A stretch of 63,312 bases of DNA, the filler included, from Calcarisporiella thermophila CBS 279.70 (taxonomy: Eukaryota > Fungi > Calcarisporiellomycota), in the NCBI RefSeq assembly GCF_041956535.1. It is 4 parts of 4 records of this genome, joined end to end, with 100 filler letters (N's around TTAATTAATTAA, not from the genome) between each part and the next. Parts side by side here need not be neighbours in the genome. Positions count along the whole stretch, not along the records: positions 20,013 to 50,093 come from NW_027192201.1; 3 more parts are not named here. One strand, given 5' to 3'. Positions within the stretch are counted from its first letter, which is position 1. Every line of letters begins with the position of its first letter. A program made the position numbers and the translations under genes. The notes under the pieces are model-generated. The model did no database searches and had not been told where the DNA came from. It saw only the letters and a program-made list of their open reading frames with translations. Below, piece by piece: positions 24,760 through 36,900 of this stretch.

Positions 24760-25035
24760 TGTAACAGTTTTTGAGGACTGTTAGATATCCTTATTCTTAA
24801 AGAATAGAATTCAATTCAAGATAGAATGGAATCCAGGAAAGTGGTCTTAATTCAATTAGAATAATGGACATATTGGACAAATGGGCAAAGGTGGGCCAAA
24901 GAATGGGCAAGGAATCATAAACAATGATCGAGGCTTAAATAGTAAACAAGATAAAACCTTCAGCGTGGGAACCAATGAGCATATAAAAGGAAATATTGAA
25001 TCAAGATAGAGAGATGGTGGCTTGGTCGTGTTACA
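24760..25035 (+). mobile_element. Solo LTR with perfect 5-bp target-site duplication
   Basis: GGAAC|TGTAACA...TGTTACA|GGAAC. Confidence 0.85.
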
Positions 25036-26142
25036 GGAACCGAACAACAAATTTCGATTTGTGTCCATTCTACTTCGAACCAGGCACTGTTTGGGTAAAC
25101 GCGACAGGATCTACGAGAAAGAATCCTCCAGCTGCGTAGCTCCATTCAACCTCCAACTCGATTCTTTCCGAGCCTTGCAGTAACCTGAATTTAGCTTGGA
25201 ACCAGTGCCAGGACTTTTAATTTGAACTTAGATGATCAAATGGCATTTATCCATTTTATTTCAACTACATTCCATAGAGAGCGGGGCGAAAGTTATTGTA
25301 AAAAAAAAATAAAATGCGGTGCTTACACTCTTATTAGAGATATATACAAACCATGATTAAAAATTAAAACTTGGGGCTCTGAGGAGGGGATTGACAGAAT
25401 GCATAGATGCATTCTGTCATACCTTTAGATTGTGTCCACAATTGTTACCAGGTGTCCTGTGGGGATACTTTTACTTTTATTAGCCAATACTTTGCATATC
25501 CTCCTTTAGCTAAGTATACAGCACGCATTCTTGCCGGCTTGCTTGCGTATATTTTGTCGATGTATTGTGCAGAAGAACGACATATACAATAGTTGAAAAA
25601 ACCATAAAACGATCTTCAAGTGAAGGGCACCAATAATCCATATAATATTTCGAGTAAATTATGTAATCAATATGTGAAGATTTATTATATTTGTAAAGAA
25701 TGTCTTTTATTATTTTGTGATTATTCCTACTAGCAATTCCAACTATTCCACCATTTTCTATGTAATGCTTTTAATTTTATTATCTGGTTTCTCACCTGTA
25801 GTTTATATATTTGATTTAGCCTACCCAATATCGAATCATTATACTTAGCATACGACAAGCAAATCTTCTCTTCTCCAAATCATTCCTCGCGCTGCTACTT
25901 GAGCAATTCTACCTCAATGAATTCTCAATCCCAGATTAGATATTTAGAAAAGCTTATTTTCTACTGTAAAACCAAAAATCGTTATCAATAAACGTGATTT
26001 TTCTTTTACATCTCTTTATCGACTCCTCTTTTTTTGGTAAATTAGAAAATAGATATTGTTGGTACAGGTTTTCTATAAATTTTTTTAGTCACTTTATTAG
26101 TCGCTTTTTGTAACTCCTAAATATAACCCCCAACACGCAAAT

Positions 26143-27341
26143 TCACATATCTTTTGCAATATGGGAAACAGAACCATCCAGTACGATGGTTGCTCCATTC
26201 GTGTATGCGCCTGCACGCGATGCTAGATAAATACATGTTCCGGCAATATCTTCTGGTGTGCCAGTACGACCTGCCGGAATTGCATTCTTGATGAACTCGT
26301 TTATCGTTGTTTCACTGAATTGTGAGAAGCCGACCTTGGTCATTTCTGATCGGAAAAATCCTGGTGCAATTGTATTCACAGTGATATTGCGCGTACCTAG
26401 TAGGGGAGCGAGTGCTTCGGTCATCCTATGGATCCCGGCCTTGGATACACTGTACGCGTAATTTGGCACTGACACATTGATCCAATTAGCAATTGAGCCA
26501 ATCATAATAACACGACTTGGATCTTGTGGTGTGTTCTTGACAGACAAGAGAGGAATAAGCCTTCCAATGCAAATAAATAGAACTCGTTTTAATACGCCAA
26601 TTGCTTTTCAATCCGCTTAGCGGAATTTTTTTTCTATGTCTTGCCTTAAAATATCAAATACTGAAATGATAACTTACGATTTTGTCAAAAAGTAAGGGGC
26701 TTTCAAATTTATATCGATTATTTCGTCCCACTTCGCTTCAGTATAAGTGTCAAAATCTTGGGAATTATTCACCCCCGCATTGTTCACTAGCACATCAAGG
26801 TGGTCTTCCCGGTTCTTAAGTTCTTCGGCAAGCCGTTTTACTCCTTCCGGAGTTTGCAAATCGGCAGGAATGCTGAAGCATTGACCTGGTCCTTGTTTAC
26901 TAAGCTTGGCGGCGACCTGGCACATGGATCAATAAAATAGAAATGTCAAGTAGGAAATGATGAGTATGTAATCCAGAAGAGAAAAAGCCATTGAAGAGTT
27001 TTTGCATTACCTGCTCACATACGTCAGCGGATCTACTGGAGATGTATACCCTCGCGCCATTAGAAATGAATCCCTTTATATGCACCGGGCGGCATAGTTA
27101 AAATCAAAATAAAAAGTACATATTTTCAATTGATTTTGTATTTTCAAAATAATTTATCGTAAATAAACTTACCGTGGCAATCATTTCACCAATACTATAT
27201 ATAGCATAAAAGAGGTAATATGTTTCTTTGTGAATAAGAAGTCAAATATAGATCCATGTTCACATATCAGGCTTACCCACGACTCCCACCGGTAACGAGC
27301 ACAACTTTGCCTTTGACGTCAAATAACTTCGATATATCCAT
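26143..27341 (-). CDS. Short-chain dehydrogenase/reductase (classical SDR), 5 exons
   Basis: MDISKLFDVKGKVVLVTGGSRG|IGEMIAT|GFISNGARVYISSR..|..LDVLVNNAG..|..YSVSK..VNTIAPG..GTPEDIAGTCIYLASRAGAYTNG; GT-AG introns. Confidence 0.92.
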
Positions 27342-28189
27342 GGTGAAATTGCTAAATCACTGTTATAATAAAAATCTAAGCTGAGTGGAACTAGATAAGT
27401 TAAGCATGTGTTTGCGAAGACAATTATATATCTATTCAAAGAATTAGTCAGTAAATACCGAATTTCAATCCTTGGTAATATTGAAGTTACGTGTGGTATG
27501 TTGACGTTTCTCAAAGTTTCCATTTAAGTAAATCCTATACCTAAAAATATGAATCATTTGTTAGTTTTATCATACGTATTGATATGAGATTAGTAATTTT
27601 AACTGGAGTCACATTGGAGGACAGAAGCGAGGAATTCCTTTGCGATGCTATTTTTTTACGTGTATGCTGATAAAGAGAAGGCACCTGTAGGGACAACCAG
27701 TGACAACCATAACTAAACTAGCGTCAATCATAAAAATTGGGGTCACTCTATGATATTGAAAGAAAATCGCTGTCTCTTAGACTATTGTTGCATAAAATAT
27801 CAGTTTGCAATCCCAGATACAAAAATAATAAAGCAACAGGCTATTGGATCTGAACTATTTCCAGGATTAGTTTTTATCAGCTTCTCTCGTGACTCACTGC
27901 TGACTGCCTCAGCTGGGATGGTCCGATAATCCCTGGTATTATATGGCAAGGATAATTTATGTATTTTAATCATGCCGTCATAATCAATAATAAATTACGG
28001 GAAAACAATCGCTAGAATACTAAAAAGTAGTAGGCGGGGATATAAACAAAATTTACAATTATATTTGTAATCTAACGTATTGAAATTATTCTTCGTGTAC
28101 AATTTAATGGAGATTCCACATCAATCAAGATAATATAACTTTTGTGAATCAGATCACAATTGACTCTAACTTACGGGCAATCTTGCTAT

Positions 28190-28765
28190 TTATCTGGCCG
28201 CGCCAAATTATTATGCCCATCCATCGGGAGAGATTGATGTAGAGCCCTCTACCCTAAGTCTCGTATTGGCTCGAGTTGCTTTCAGAGTGAAGAGCTCAAG
28301 GACTATATCTCTAGCACTTAGCTTGGCTGGTTCGAGATTAAATAACTTCAAAAAAGTGGACGACAAGCCCTCAACCTATGCATTGTCATTTTGGACGACC
28401 AATCCGGCAATCCATTCAGGATGGCAGGTAGCCAAGTGAAATATGAGCGGCGCGCCATAGTCAAAAACATACTTCACAAATCGATTCAGCTTTAGAGTTT
28501 GGCCAAAACCTTCGGTAAAATCGGCAAGTTTGTAGAAGCAATAAGAAAAGTGGGTCGGATCAGGCGTGTCGTTATTCCCGAAACCTGGAAAATCCGGTGA
28601 GATCAAGTGATAACGGGTACCTAGTGCCCACCATGAGTCGCTGATACTGGTGGGAGGGTAACGTAGTAATAGCATTGTAGCTACGTCTGTGAGACTAGCC
28701 TCCCTGTAAAACACTTGAATTTTATCAATTTTGACGAATCAATGAGCTATCCTAGCAATATTCAT
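28190..28765 (-). pseudogene. Alpha/beta hydrolase (epoxide hydrolase / haloalkane dehalogenase-like), decayed
   Basis: M..*F...VFYREA....LLL..PPTS...RYHLISPDFPGFG..D.PD...YVFDYGAP...LA..HPEWIAGLVVQNDNA*VEGL...ISPDGW; several stops; no introns seen. Confidence 0.8.
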
Positions 28766-31020
28766 GGTTCCTATACACCTTTTCGCAGTTGTTAACAAGA
28801 GGGTTTCGAAATTCCCGAGTTCGAATTGTGAATTGAGATTTAATGAGCAGAGAATTGAGCTTACAGACGCGCCACACCTTATTTATACATTTCGACAATA
28901 CAGGTGATCGACGCCTATTCAACTTGTGATGGAGGCTTGCAATATGCTCAATTAGCCAGTACGCCGATAATGAGCCGTACCTGGATCAAGTCGAATTTGC
29001 CATTACTAAATCCTGCTACTGCTAACCAATATTTACCTGCACTCAGAGGCCGCTTAAATCCGGCGACTAATCAAGCGACAATTCAAAGCAGAGAGTGGTT
29101 AAGTGAGGTGTTGAAGCGCATATGAGGTGCAAGACTACAAGAAGATTACTTACCAACAGGAACAGAGATTCACATTTGGCAGCAATTGATGTGATGTAAA
29201 ACTGATTCAATTGCTTCTTGCGGGTTTAAATCGTCTGCTTGGTCATCTTAGGATGACCTCCTGAGAATTCTGAGAATCCTGAGATCGAGTCGACCAGCAT
29301 CATAGTTTTTGAAGCCATTTGACATTGCGAATTTGATGGCTTTCTTGAGGACATGGACATATTTGAGCTTTCCCAAGGAGACTCTGCCCAATCGCATTAC
29401 TTCGGGGCTGATGCCTTCGAATCGCTCATCAATGCCACAAGACGGTTTAGAATAGAACAACTTCGTGATATATTCAAAAAAATCCACTCAAACTAAGCGG
29501 AATGTTAAAGCAGGATTGATTAGGGAGTCATTAGTATTTTGTAGTGGATATTAGCAGTGTTGAATGCCATTGAATCCGATCCAATTGTTATACTTGGCGA
29601 AACATTTTCCACGACTAGGAATTGTAGGTTGAATCGTAAGCTATCGCAATTTTTTGCATTGAGAATGACTACGAGATCTATCAAACCCAGTGGAGGGCGT
29701 GTGATTCAGTAGAGGAGAGAAGCCAAGTCCCTGAAACCGCTTAGTCATGTTAGAGTCTAGCAAGGGGCTGGGAATCAACAAGAAAGGTAAATCACGAATC
29801 AAGGAGTAGCACGAGTCCGTGTCGACACCGATTTGGGCGCGTCTTCCACCAACGACTGCTTCTGTGAGGAGATCATTGCAAGCTCCCCTTCACCTTAACC
29901 CTAGAAAAGAGTGCTTGGCTCGATCGCAGCTTTAATAATAACTCGCGGCGGAGCTTGAAGTTAGTCGAGTCAGTTCAAAAGGTTGGCTCGTCTCCCCACC
30001 AACACGCGGGGACGACCTCTGGGCGGCCTTCTGCAATCGGGGAGTTACCGCCTGTCTTCCGCGACGACCTTAGCAACGGTTGAAGCTTGGAAGGATTGCT
30101 GGCTAGCGGCAGGACTTTCCCGCCTCGGAACACTGGATCATGCTTGCACGAATCTCGTTCGAGCACGGCCCTTTGTCATCGCGTATTAAAAGGATGCTCC
30201 CAGCTGAAGTGTCCTAGTTTTCAACCAAGGCGGATGATAGGGGAGATAACAAAGGAGCAGGGACCGCGTGATGAGAAAAAGAGATTGGAACAGACCACAA
30301 ATCTGAACAATGCATTTCTGCTTTTTTTTTTTTCAGCTTGCTTGAAGCCTCTCCCCTAGAAATGTGCCTAATAGCAATCATGATCCCACTCAATCTTGTA
30401 GGGCAGATATTAAATCCCTCGGGAGCATCCATTAGGTCAATTCACGTCAACAATGCCTGCACCAGCTGAATGCTGCGGAGTGGCCCCCAGTTGCTTTCAC
30501 CAGCTGTTTTTTCCCATGAATGCGCTTTGATGGGAAAAGTCGAGGCGGAGGCTATGCTATCCTTTATTTCTAGCGAGGAAGCGCAGGCCATTCCAGTGGC
30601 ACATAGGGCATTGCCACCCTTGAGCCGTTACCCCTCGATCATTTTCAAATTCTCGAATGCCCCCAGAATTCAAGTGGTTCGCATTGATAGAGAGATTCTA
30701 AATGAAGCACGCTGGCAGCCTTATTTGCGTGGGGACAAAGGCTTGACGAAGAATGCTGGCCATGCCGCAGAGCGGGGTACACGCAGCCTGCAGATGGATC
30801 TGAAATGGCGGGCCACTTTGTCCTTAATAGGCAGTGGTGGCAATTTGGTGGACATATTGCCCGGCCAGCTGCATATAGGATATGAAGCTTGCTTAGGCGC
30901 GCCGCGAGTCCGGTCCAGCACAGCGGTATAATAAATAGGCGGCATGACCCACCGTATTCCCTCGCCATTTTAACATACTTGAAATATTTCATCCAACTCA
31001 ACTAGTAATTCCCCACTGCC

Positions 31021-32310
31021 ATGCCTACTCCCCAAGTTCCAACCAACCAGGTTACTCTGGATGGCCTGCGCCAGAGAATCTATGAACGCTTGCCAGCTGA
31101 GCTAAACACTGAGAAGATGCGCGAGTTTGCTGGAGGTCTGGCAGAGGTACAGCTTGCCTCAGTCGGCAAATTGCAGGAGCTGGTAGCGCAAAAGCCAGGA
31201 TCGGATACCACGGCCGCATCCGCTGGCACCACCACTACCCTCCTAAGCGCCCTCGGAAAGAAGATGGCCGGAGTTCCGAGTAATGTCATCACTACTGTGG
31301 CTGGGATGCCGCAGGCTCTCATCGATAATGCTGGTTCGATGATTATCAATCTGCCTACCACCATTACCAGCAATGTGCTGAAGGAACCGCCGCAGGGCTG
31401 GTGTGCTCCAAGTGAGGAAAATCTTAAAGAAGTCCAGTTGATGATGCGCTACGCAGGAGCATCGTACTGCTGGCGAGATGATAAACTTGTTGACTGGTCG
31501 TGTCCAAAGCATTGCAAAGATTTTCCAACGACCAAAGTGGTTGGCGTATTTAGTACCACCCTTGAGGGCGGCCGTGGTTTTGTCGCGCTAGTGGATGGCC
31601 TACCTAAGGCAAACGGACGCGTCGCCTTGGTGTCTATCCGCGGTACAGTTAACCTACGCGGCTGGGCTCACAATTTTATGATGGCACATGCCTCCTACAA
31701 AGTCCCCGACCATCTGGCCGATCCCGACGACAAGGAAGAGCCGCGGGTACACGACGGCTTCCAGAAACATATTGTGGACGCCATCGAAGAGCATGTTGTG
31801 CGCCTCCTCAAAATAGCTTTTGATGTGCCGGAAGGAGAGCGTCCCACACAGGTCTACGTGGTTGGCCACAGCCTCGGCGGCGCCACGGCCGTGCTGACCG
31901 CCATCGATCTATTGCACCGTGAGTTGCCCTGGATGCCCAAGCAACCCGTACGCGTGTTCACGTATGGTGAGCCACGCGTCGGCAATCGGGCTTTCGCGCG
32001 CCTTGTGCATCGACTCTGCCATAAGAAGCTACTGGAAGTGATTCGCGTTACCAACGAAGGCGATCCTGTCCCGTGTGTGCCACTGCGTTCCATGGGCTTC
32101 CATCATCATTCCAACCGTTGGATGCTAATCCCGGCCGGCCCAGGCGCCATGAGCGAAGGAAAAACCTACTATGACAAGAATATGAGCACTCTCAACTCAA
32201 AGGACAAGAATGCGATCGAAGAAGGCCAGGATATTGGTATTTGGCATCCGCTGGCCGATCCTCTTGCCCACTTGATCTGTTGGAATCGATGGTTTGGGCC
32301 CTTCTGCTGA
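31021..32310 (+). CDS. Class 3 lipase (Lipase_3)
   Basis: YAGASYC, W.C..C, SIRGT, VHDGF, GHSLGG nucleophile elbow, TYGEPRVGN, RVTNEGDPVP, terminal His; intronless; TATA-like element at ~30927. Confidence 0.92.
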   Translation: MPTPQVPTNQVTLDGLRQRIYERLPAELNTEKMREFAGGLAEVQLASVGKLQELVAQKPGSDTTAASAGTTTTLLSALGKKMAGVPSNVITTVAGMPQALIDNAGSMIINLPTTITSNVLKEPPQGWCAPSEENLKEVQLMMRYAGASYCWRDDKLVDWSCPKHCKDFPTTKVVGVFSTTLEGGRGFVALVDGLPKANGRVALVSIRGTVNLRGWAHNFMMAHASYKVPDHLADPDDKEEPRVHDGFQKHIVDAIEEHVVRLLKIAFDVPEGERPTQVYVVGHSLGGATAVLTAIDLLHRELPWMPKQPVRVFTYGEPRVGNRAFARLVHRLCHKKLLEVIRVTNEGDPVPCVPLRSMGFHHHSNRWMLIPAGPGAMSEGKTYYDKNMSTLNSKDKNAIEEGQDIGIWHPLADPLAHLICWNRWFGPFC

Positions 32311-32806
32311 TCTATTAATACGCCTTTCTTGTTTGTATTAAAAAATAAAAGTTGCTACCAGGAATGGTAACTCATTGTAACCATTGAAATAAAATGATGT
32401 AGGCTTACTACTCTGCAAAATACATAAGGTAGTGTGAATGGCACAACTGAACTTTTAGTAGGACTTCCTCTCTGCTTCTGTCGTCAAACTGTCCTTGTGA
32501 TTGTTAAATAAAATCAATAAGGAAAAAAATTTTTTTCTATTTAAAGCGCTTTCCTTTCAACTACATTATTTCACAGATAGTATACACTTGATGTAAATGT
32601 ATTCGTGTAAATGGGTGTGGTTGATTGAAGAATGTTTGGGTTGGGTGTAGGAGTGAAGGGGTATCACGAATCTCTTTAAAAAACAATTTACATGCATTAT
32701 TGTTGCTCGTCTAATTCAATATAAGCATTGGTAATATCTGTTATAGCAATCTTTTATATAACCAACCCATTTATTTATAGTATGAAATGCTAGTGAATAT
32801 ACACAC

Positions 32807-33646
32807 TCATCTCGAGAGATCTTGAATGGTGTCTGCAATAGTCAACAAGGGACCTTGAATATATACATCGTTGTGAATGCGATCATTAGTTTTGACTAAA
32901 TCTGCATGCCCATCCTCCAGAGCCCTTAACAAGAATTGGAGATTTTCTCCGAAATTCGCTTGAAGAACCTGAAATTGTGTTCCATAATGCTTTTCCAGTT
33001 CGTCAGCGAATTGGCGAAGAGTTTTGCGATCACCTTGGAAACGTACAACCTGGTTGCGAGATGCCTCTGGGTTCGATAGAATTCCCACTATACCGTTTGC
33101 AACGTCTCTTCTATGCGTCCAACTAATGAGAGTTTCACCCTTTCCTACCAATGATATCGTGTGATTCTTAACATCAATAATTGGGGTGTATAGTATGAGA
33201 TAGTCAGGCCAAAATCCCGTCATCACGCGAGTATATTCTAACCCGATGGCTTCGATCTCCTTGGCGAATTGATCTTTTTTACCTAGGACAGCTACACTCG
33301 AATTATCAGGATGGCTGGTGTCCATTCCATATTCCGACGGGATAAATCGCACCACCCCTGCTTTCTTAGCGGCTTTGGCTAGCGGAAGCTGATCGTAAAC
33401 ATTTTGTGAAGGCAGAGCTGAAACAACAGCATCTTTTCCTCGTAATATCTCGGTTAACAAATCAATATCGTTATAGTCGACCACATGCACTTGAATCCCA
33501 CGGCTTCTCAGATTATGAAGTTCAGGTTTGTCGGCACGAGTGAGAACAGTTATGGACTGGAATTTTCCACTCTTTGCAAGAGCATCCACAATATAACTAC
33601 CCAAGACCCCAGTACCTCCCGCAACGACGACGTCTTTAAAAGCCAT
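32807..33646 (-). CDS. NmrA-like / isoflavone reductase family NAD(P)-binding protein
   Basis: VVVAGGTGVLG, LRGKDAVVS, AAKKAGVVRFIPSEYG, YTRVMTGFW, THRRDVA; intronless. Confidence 0.9.
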   Translation of the reverse strand: MAFKDVVVAGGTGVLGSYIVDALAKSGKFQSITVLTRADKPELHNLRSRGIQVHVVDYNDIDLLTEILRGKDAVVSALPSQNVYDQLPLAKAAKKAGVVRFIPSEYGMDTSHPDNSSVAVLGKKDQFAKEIEAIGLEYTRVMTGFWPDYLILYTPIIDVKNHTISLVGKGETLISWTHRRDVANGIVGILSNPEASRNQVVRFQGDRKTLRQFADELEKHYGTQFQVLQANFGENLQFLLRALEDGHADLVKTNDRIHNDVYIQGPLLTIADTIQDLSR

Positions 33647-34626
33647 TTTATTTTCAATATGATAAAGCAATAGATGTTTGATAGCGTTAACAATCCTCTC
33701 CTTTACGAATTTCCATCGCTTTTATACAAATATGCTTTTCCAAGGTATGATGAAATGAGCCAAAAAAATAATGTCATACAATTAATAATGCCCGGTAACT
33801 GATGTTTTAAACTCAACAAAAAATGGAAGGAATAATATCAAATATTAAAGTTTACAGGAAAGCTTAGCTGTATTGATTATAAATGCGCTGTTAAGACAAT
33901 AATTAGGCGCCCTTTGTGAAACAAAACCACGAGGCTGGATTTGGTATATCTTGGATTTATTGTATACTTCGATAGCTTACAGTAGTTGAGAACCTCACTT
34001 AATCAAATGCGGGCGAAGGATTAGTCTTTAGATCTTTGCGATTTGCCATCATTTTAACCTTAACAAGGAAACAGCACAAATTAGATTCTCTATTCGCTGA
34101 ATTTCAATGGCATCATCTGATCCTTTTATTTGATTATTAAGAGAAATTCTTCAATGAGGTTAAGCATCACATATTATTGCGTGGACTGCTGACAAATTTC
34201 AATTGTAACACAACTGAGTCTTTCGATTTTCGTTGCTATCGATATTCGCTACCTTTCCTTACCCTTTTTTCCTTTATAATAACCAATTAATAATTTATCC
34301 AGTACCCTCTTTAAAGGCACAACCAAAAATCGAAGTCAGAACATGGTTAAAAGCCTTTTCTCAAATTATTTCGGCCACTCCTTTTAAGAGCGAGAAAGTT
34401 TATACAGAAGAATTACAGATTCTACACTCTTTATCTATATGCAAATCATGTTTTAACACAAAAGCTGGCACGCTGGGAAATCTTGGTCATAAAAGTACAT
34501 AACTCCATTATGTCTTTTATTTAGTGCATTATACAGTATCTACAATTCCCTACAAATAGTCTAAGGTATCTTAGGCTATCTATTCGATATTTTACATTCT
34601 ACTTCGGTATATAAAATAAGTTACTC

Positions 34627-35110
34627 CTCTACTAATGCTATTAATAATAACTACGAAATAAAGCCTCTTTCTAAAACAACCCGTGCCGGTATTTTCTGGT
34701 ACAAGAGTGGAGCATCTCCACATAAGGCTGCAACCATGCTGAATGTACATCATATTAGTGCTTCAAAATTCGACAGGGAAGAAGCAAGACAATATCCCAA
34801 GCTTAAAAGGTCATCCGCTGGTTGCACTTGCATTCTGAATGAAAGAAAAGTGGACGATTTTCACACTGTTGACATCTGGCCAGCGTAAAATGCGCATGAC
34901 GTGACAGCCCAAATTAAACTATAAATGATAAGAATATGTTAAATCTGCAATGCGAAGGGTATCATCCAGTGAAACGAAAAACTTATTTGAGTGTGCCAAG
35001 AAATCCTCTTCTTCTAAATCTCCGCTGCAAAAAAGAATGGAGTTTGCAATAAAACAGTTTTATTAGATTGTGAAGATTGGAAGCAATAGTGATACCCGGT
35101 AAGACGCTAT
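34627..35110 (+). pseudogene. Degenerate Tc1 transposase relic
   Basis: Nucleotide similarity to 24138-24230 (TCCGCTGG...CACACT.TTG.CATC.GGCC..CGTAAAA); multiple frameshifts. Confidence 0.5.
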
Positions 35111-35127
35111 ATACACTCAAGAGTGGT

Positions 35128-35690
35128 GATATTACGTGACAACGGGTTATACGTCAAGAAGAGTAAATGCGAATTCTTCAAGCAACAGGTCGAATTCTTA
35201 GGACACGTTATCACCAGCACCTACTGAGATCATGTCCCTCCCGGGTCTTACAATGTCGACAGCATATCACCCAGAAACCCATGGACAGACTGAAAGAACA
35301 AACAGAACTTTAGAACAGATGCTGCGCGTGAACGTGACTTATCGACAGGACAATTGGGATGAATGACAACGCCTGTTCATACGAACCAGCCTCTTGAAAT
35401 TCCGACCAACAAGTTAATGTGCAAGCAACTGAAGATTTCATCCTTAGAATGTCCAACTTGGTGAAAGTCGCCTCTGATAATCTAGCAGAAGCAAAATCTC
35501 GACAAGCTCAATATGCCAACCAAGGCTGCAGAGAAGAAGAGCTCAATTTCGGAGATAAAGTTATGATTTCGACGGCAAACATCCAACTTGCATCTCAGAC
35601 CCAACGACCTACGAGAAAGTTACAGCACAAGTTCACCGGACCATACGAGATTATAAACAAAGTTGGCCCCATAATTTTGTTCAGAGAAGG
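35128..35690 (+). mobile_element. Ty3/gypsy pol relic (RT end, integrase pieces, GPY/F region), internally deleted
   Basis: KKSKCEF...FLGHVI; [25 protein letters not shown]; QAQYAN...GDKVMI...RKLQHKFTGPYEI. Confidence 0.85.
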
Positions 35691-35719
35691 TTAACCTGTG
35701 TGACTTGAAGACTACTGGA

Positions 35720-36900
35720 TGAAGTGAATTGTCGGAATAATCTCGTTGCACTAAGACAGCTACTAAAGGAAAATCGGTTGCGTCGGTTGTCACAATGACA
35801 CAATGTTTCTTTGGGTTTGGAAGTCATAAAACGGGTGTAGTTGTCAGGCTGCTTTTTAGTGCTTGAAACGAATTCTCGCAAGTGCTGTTCCAAACGAATC
35901 TTCGGTCTTTTTTCAAGAGGTCGGCCCGTATGATCGGACGTTGTCATTCATCCCAATTGTCCTGTCAACAAGTCACGTTCGCGCGCAGCATCTGTTCTAA
36001 AGTCCTGTTCATTCTTTCAGTCTGTCCATCGGTTTCTGGGTGATATGCTGTCGACATTGCAAGACCCGGGATGGACATGATCTCGGTAGTTGATTTTGGT
36101 GTTGGCCATTCCCTTTTCGTTTTGATCTATACTTCACTGACATGGATTCCGGTGCTGGTGATAACGTGTCCTAAGTATCCGACTGGTTGATTGAAGAATT
36201 CGCATTTACTCTTCTTGGCGTATAACCTGTTGTCATGTAATATCTCGAGAGCTTGTTTGATGTGCTGGATGTGTTCTACTTCTGTTTTGCTGTATACCAA
36301 TATGTCGTCAAGGTATACAACAACGCAAGTGTCTAGGAGAGGTCGAAATATGTCGTTCATGAGGGTCATGAACGTTGCTGGTGCGTTAGCCAATCCAAAG
36401 GGTAGAACTCTGAATTCAAAATGGCCGTATCTGGTTCTTAAAGCTGTCTTGAGAATGTCTTCCGGCACAATGCGTATTTGGTGATAACCAGATCTCAAAT
36501 CAATTTTCGAAAACAATTTTGTTCCTTGCATTCGGTCGAGGATCTCGTCAAATCATGGCAGCGGATACTGATGCTTAATGGTGAACTTATTCAGTGCGTG
36601 GTAGTCGATGGCTAACTAGATCGCCATTTTCTTAGCGAAAAGCACTGGCACGCCGAATGGTGACTTGCTGGACTGGATGAAATCTTTTCGAAAAAAATCC
36701 CGTAATTGCTTGTTAATCGCCTTCGACGGTGGTTCGGTGCCTTGTGCAAGTTCAATACGGTGATCAACTGTTCTTTCTGGTGGCAACCCGGCTGGCAACT
36801 CATCGGGAAATACATCCTCGTACCTAGTAATTTTTTCCAATTGCTAGGGTATGCGAGCAGAATCAGTCCACGACCGCCATTAAAGAAAACCCACTTCACA
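35720..36900 (-). mobile_element. Ty3/gypsy pol relic (RT, integrase fragment, RNase H start), rearranged
   Basis: DVFPDELPAGLPPER..DHRIEL; [15 protein letters not shown]; [22 protein letters not shown]; VYLDDIL; [15 protein letters not shown]; FQALKSSLTTTPVL..TTDA. Confidence 0.92.

Noticed and set aside
20013-28765. Stops in relics often look like CAA/CGA/TGG to TAA/TGA/TAG, suggesting RIP-like mutation
   Set aside because: Transitions are the usual route to stop codons; dinucleotide bias cannot be established without alignments
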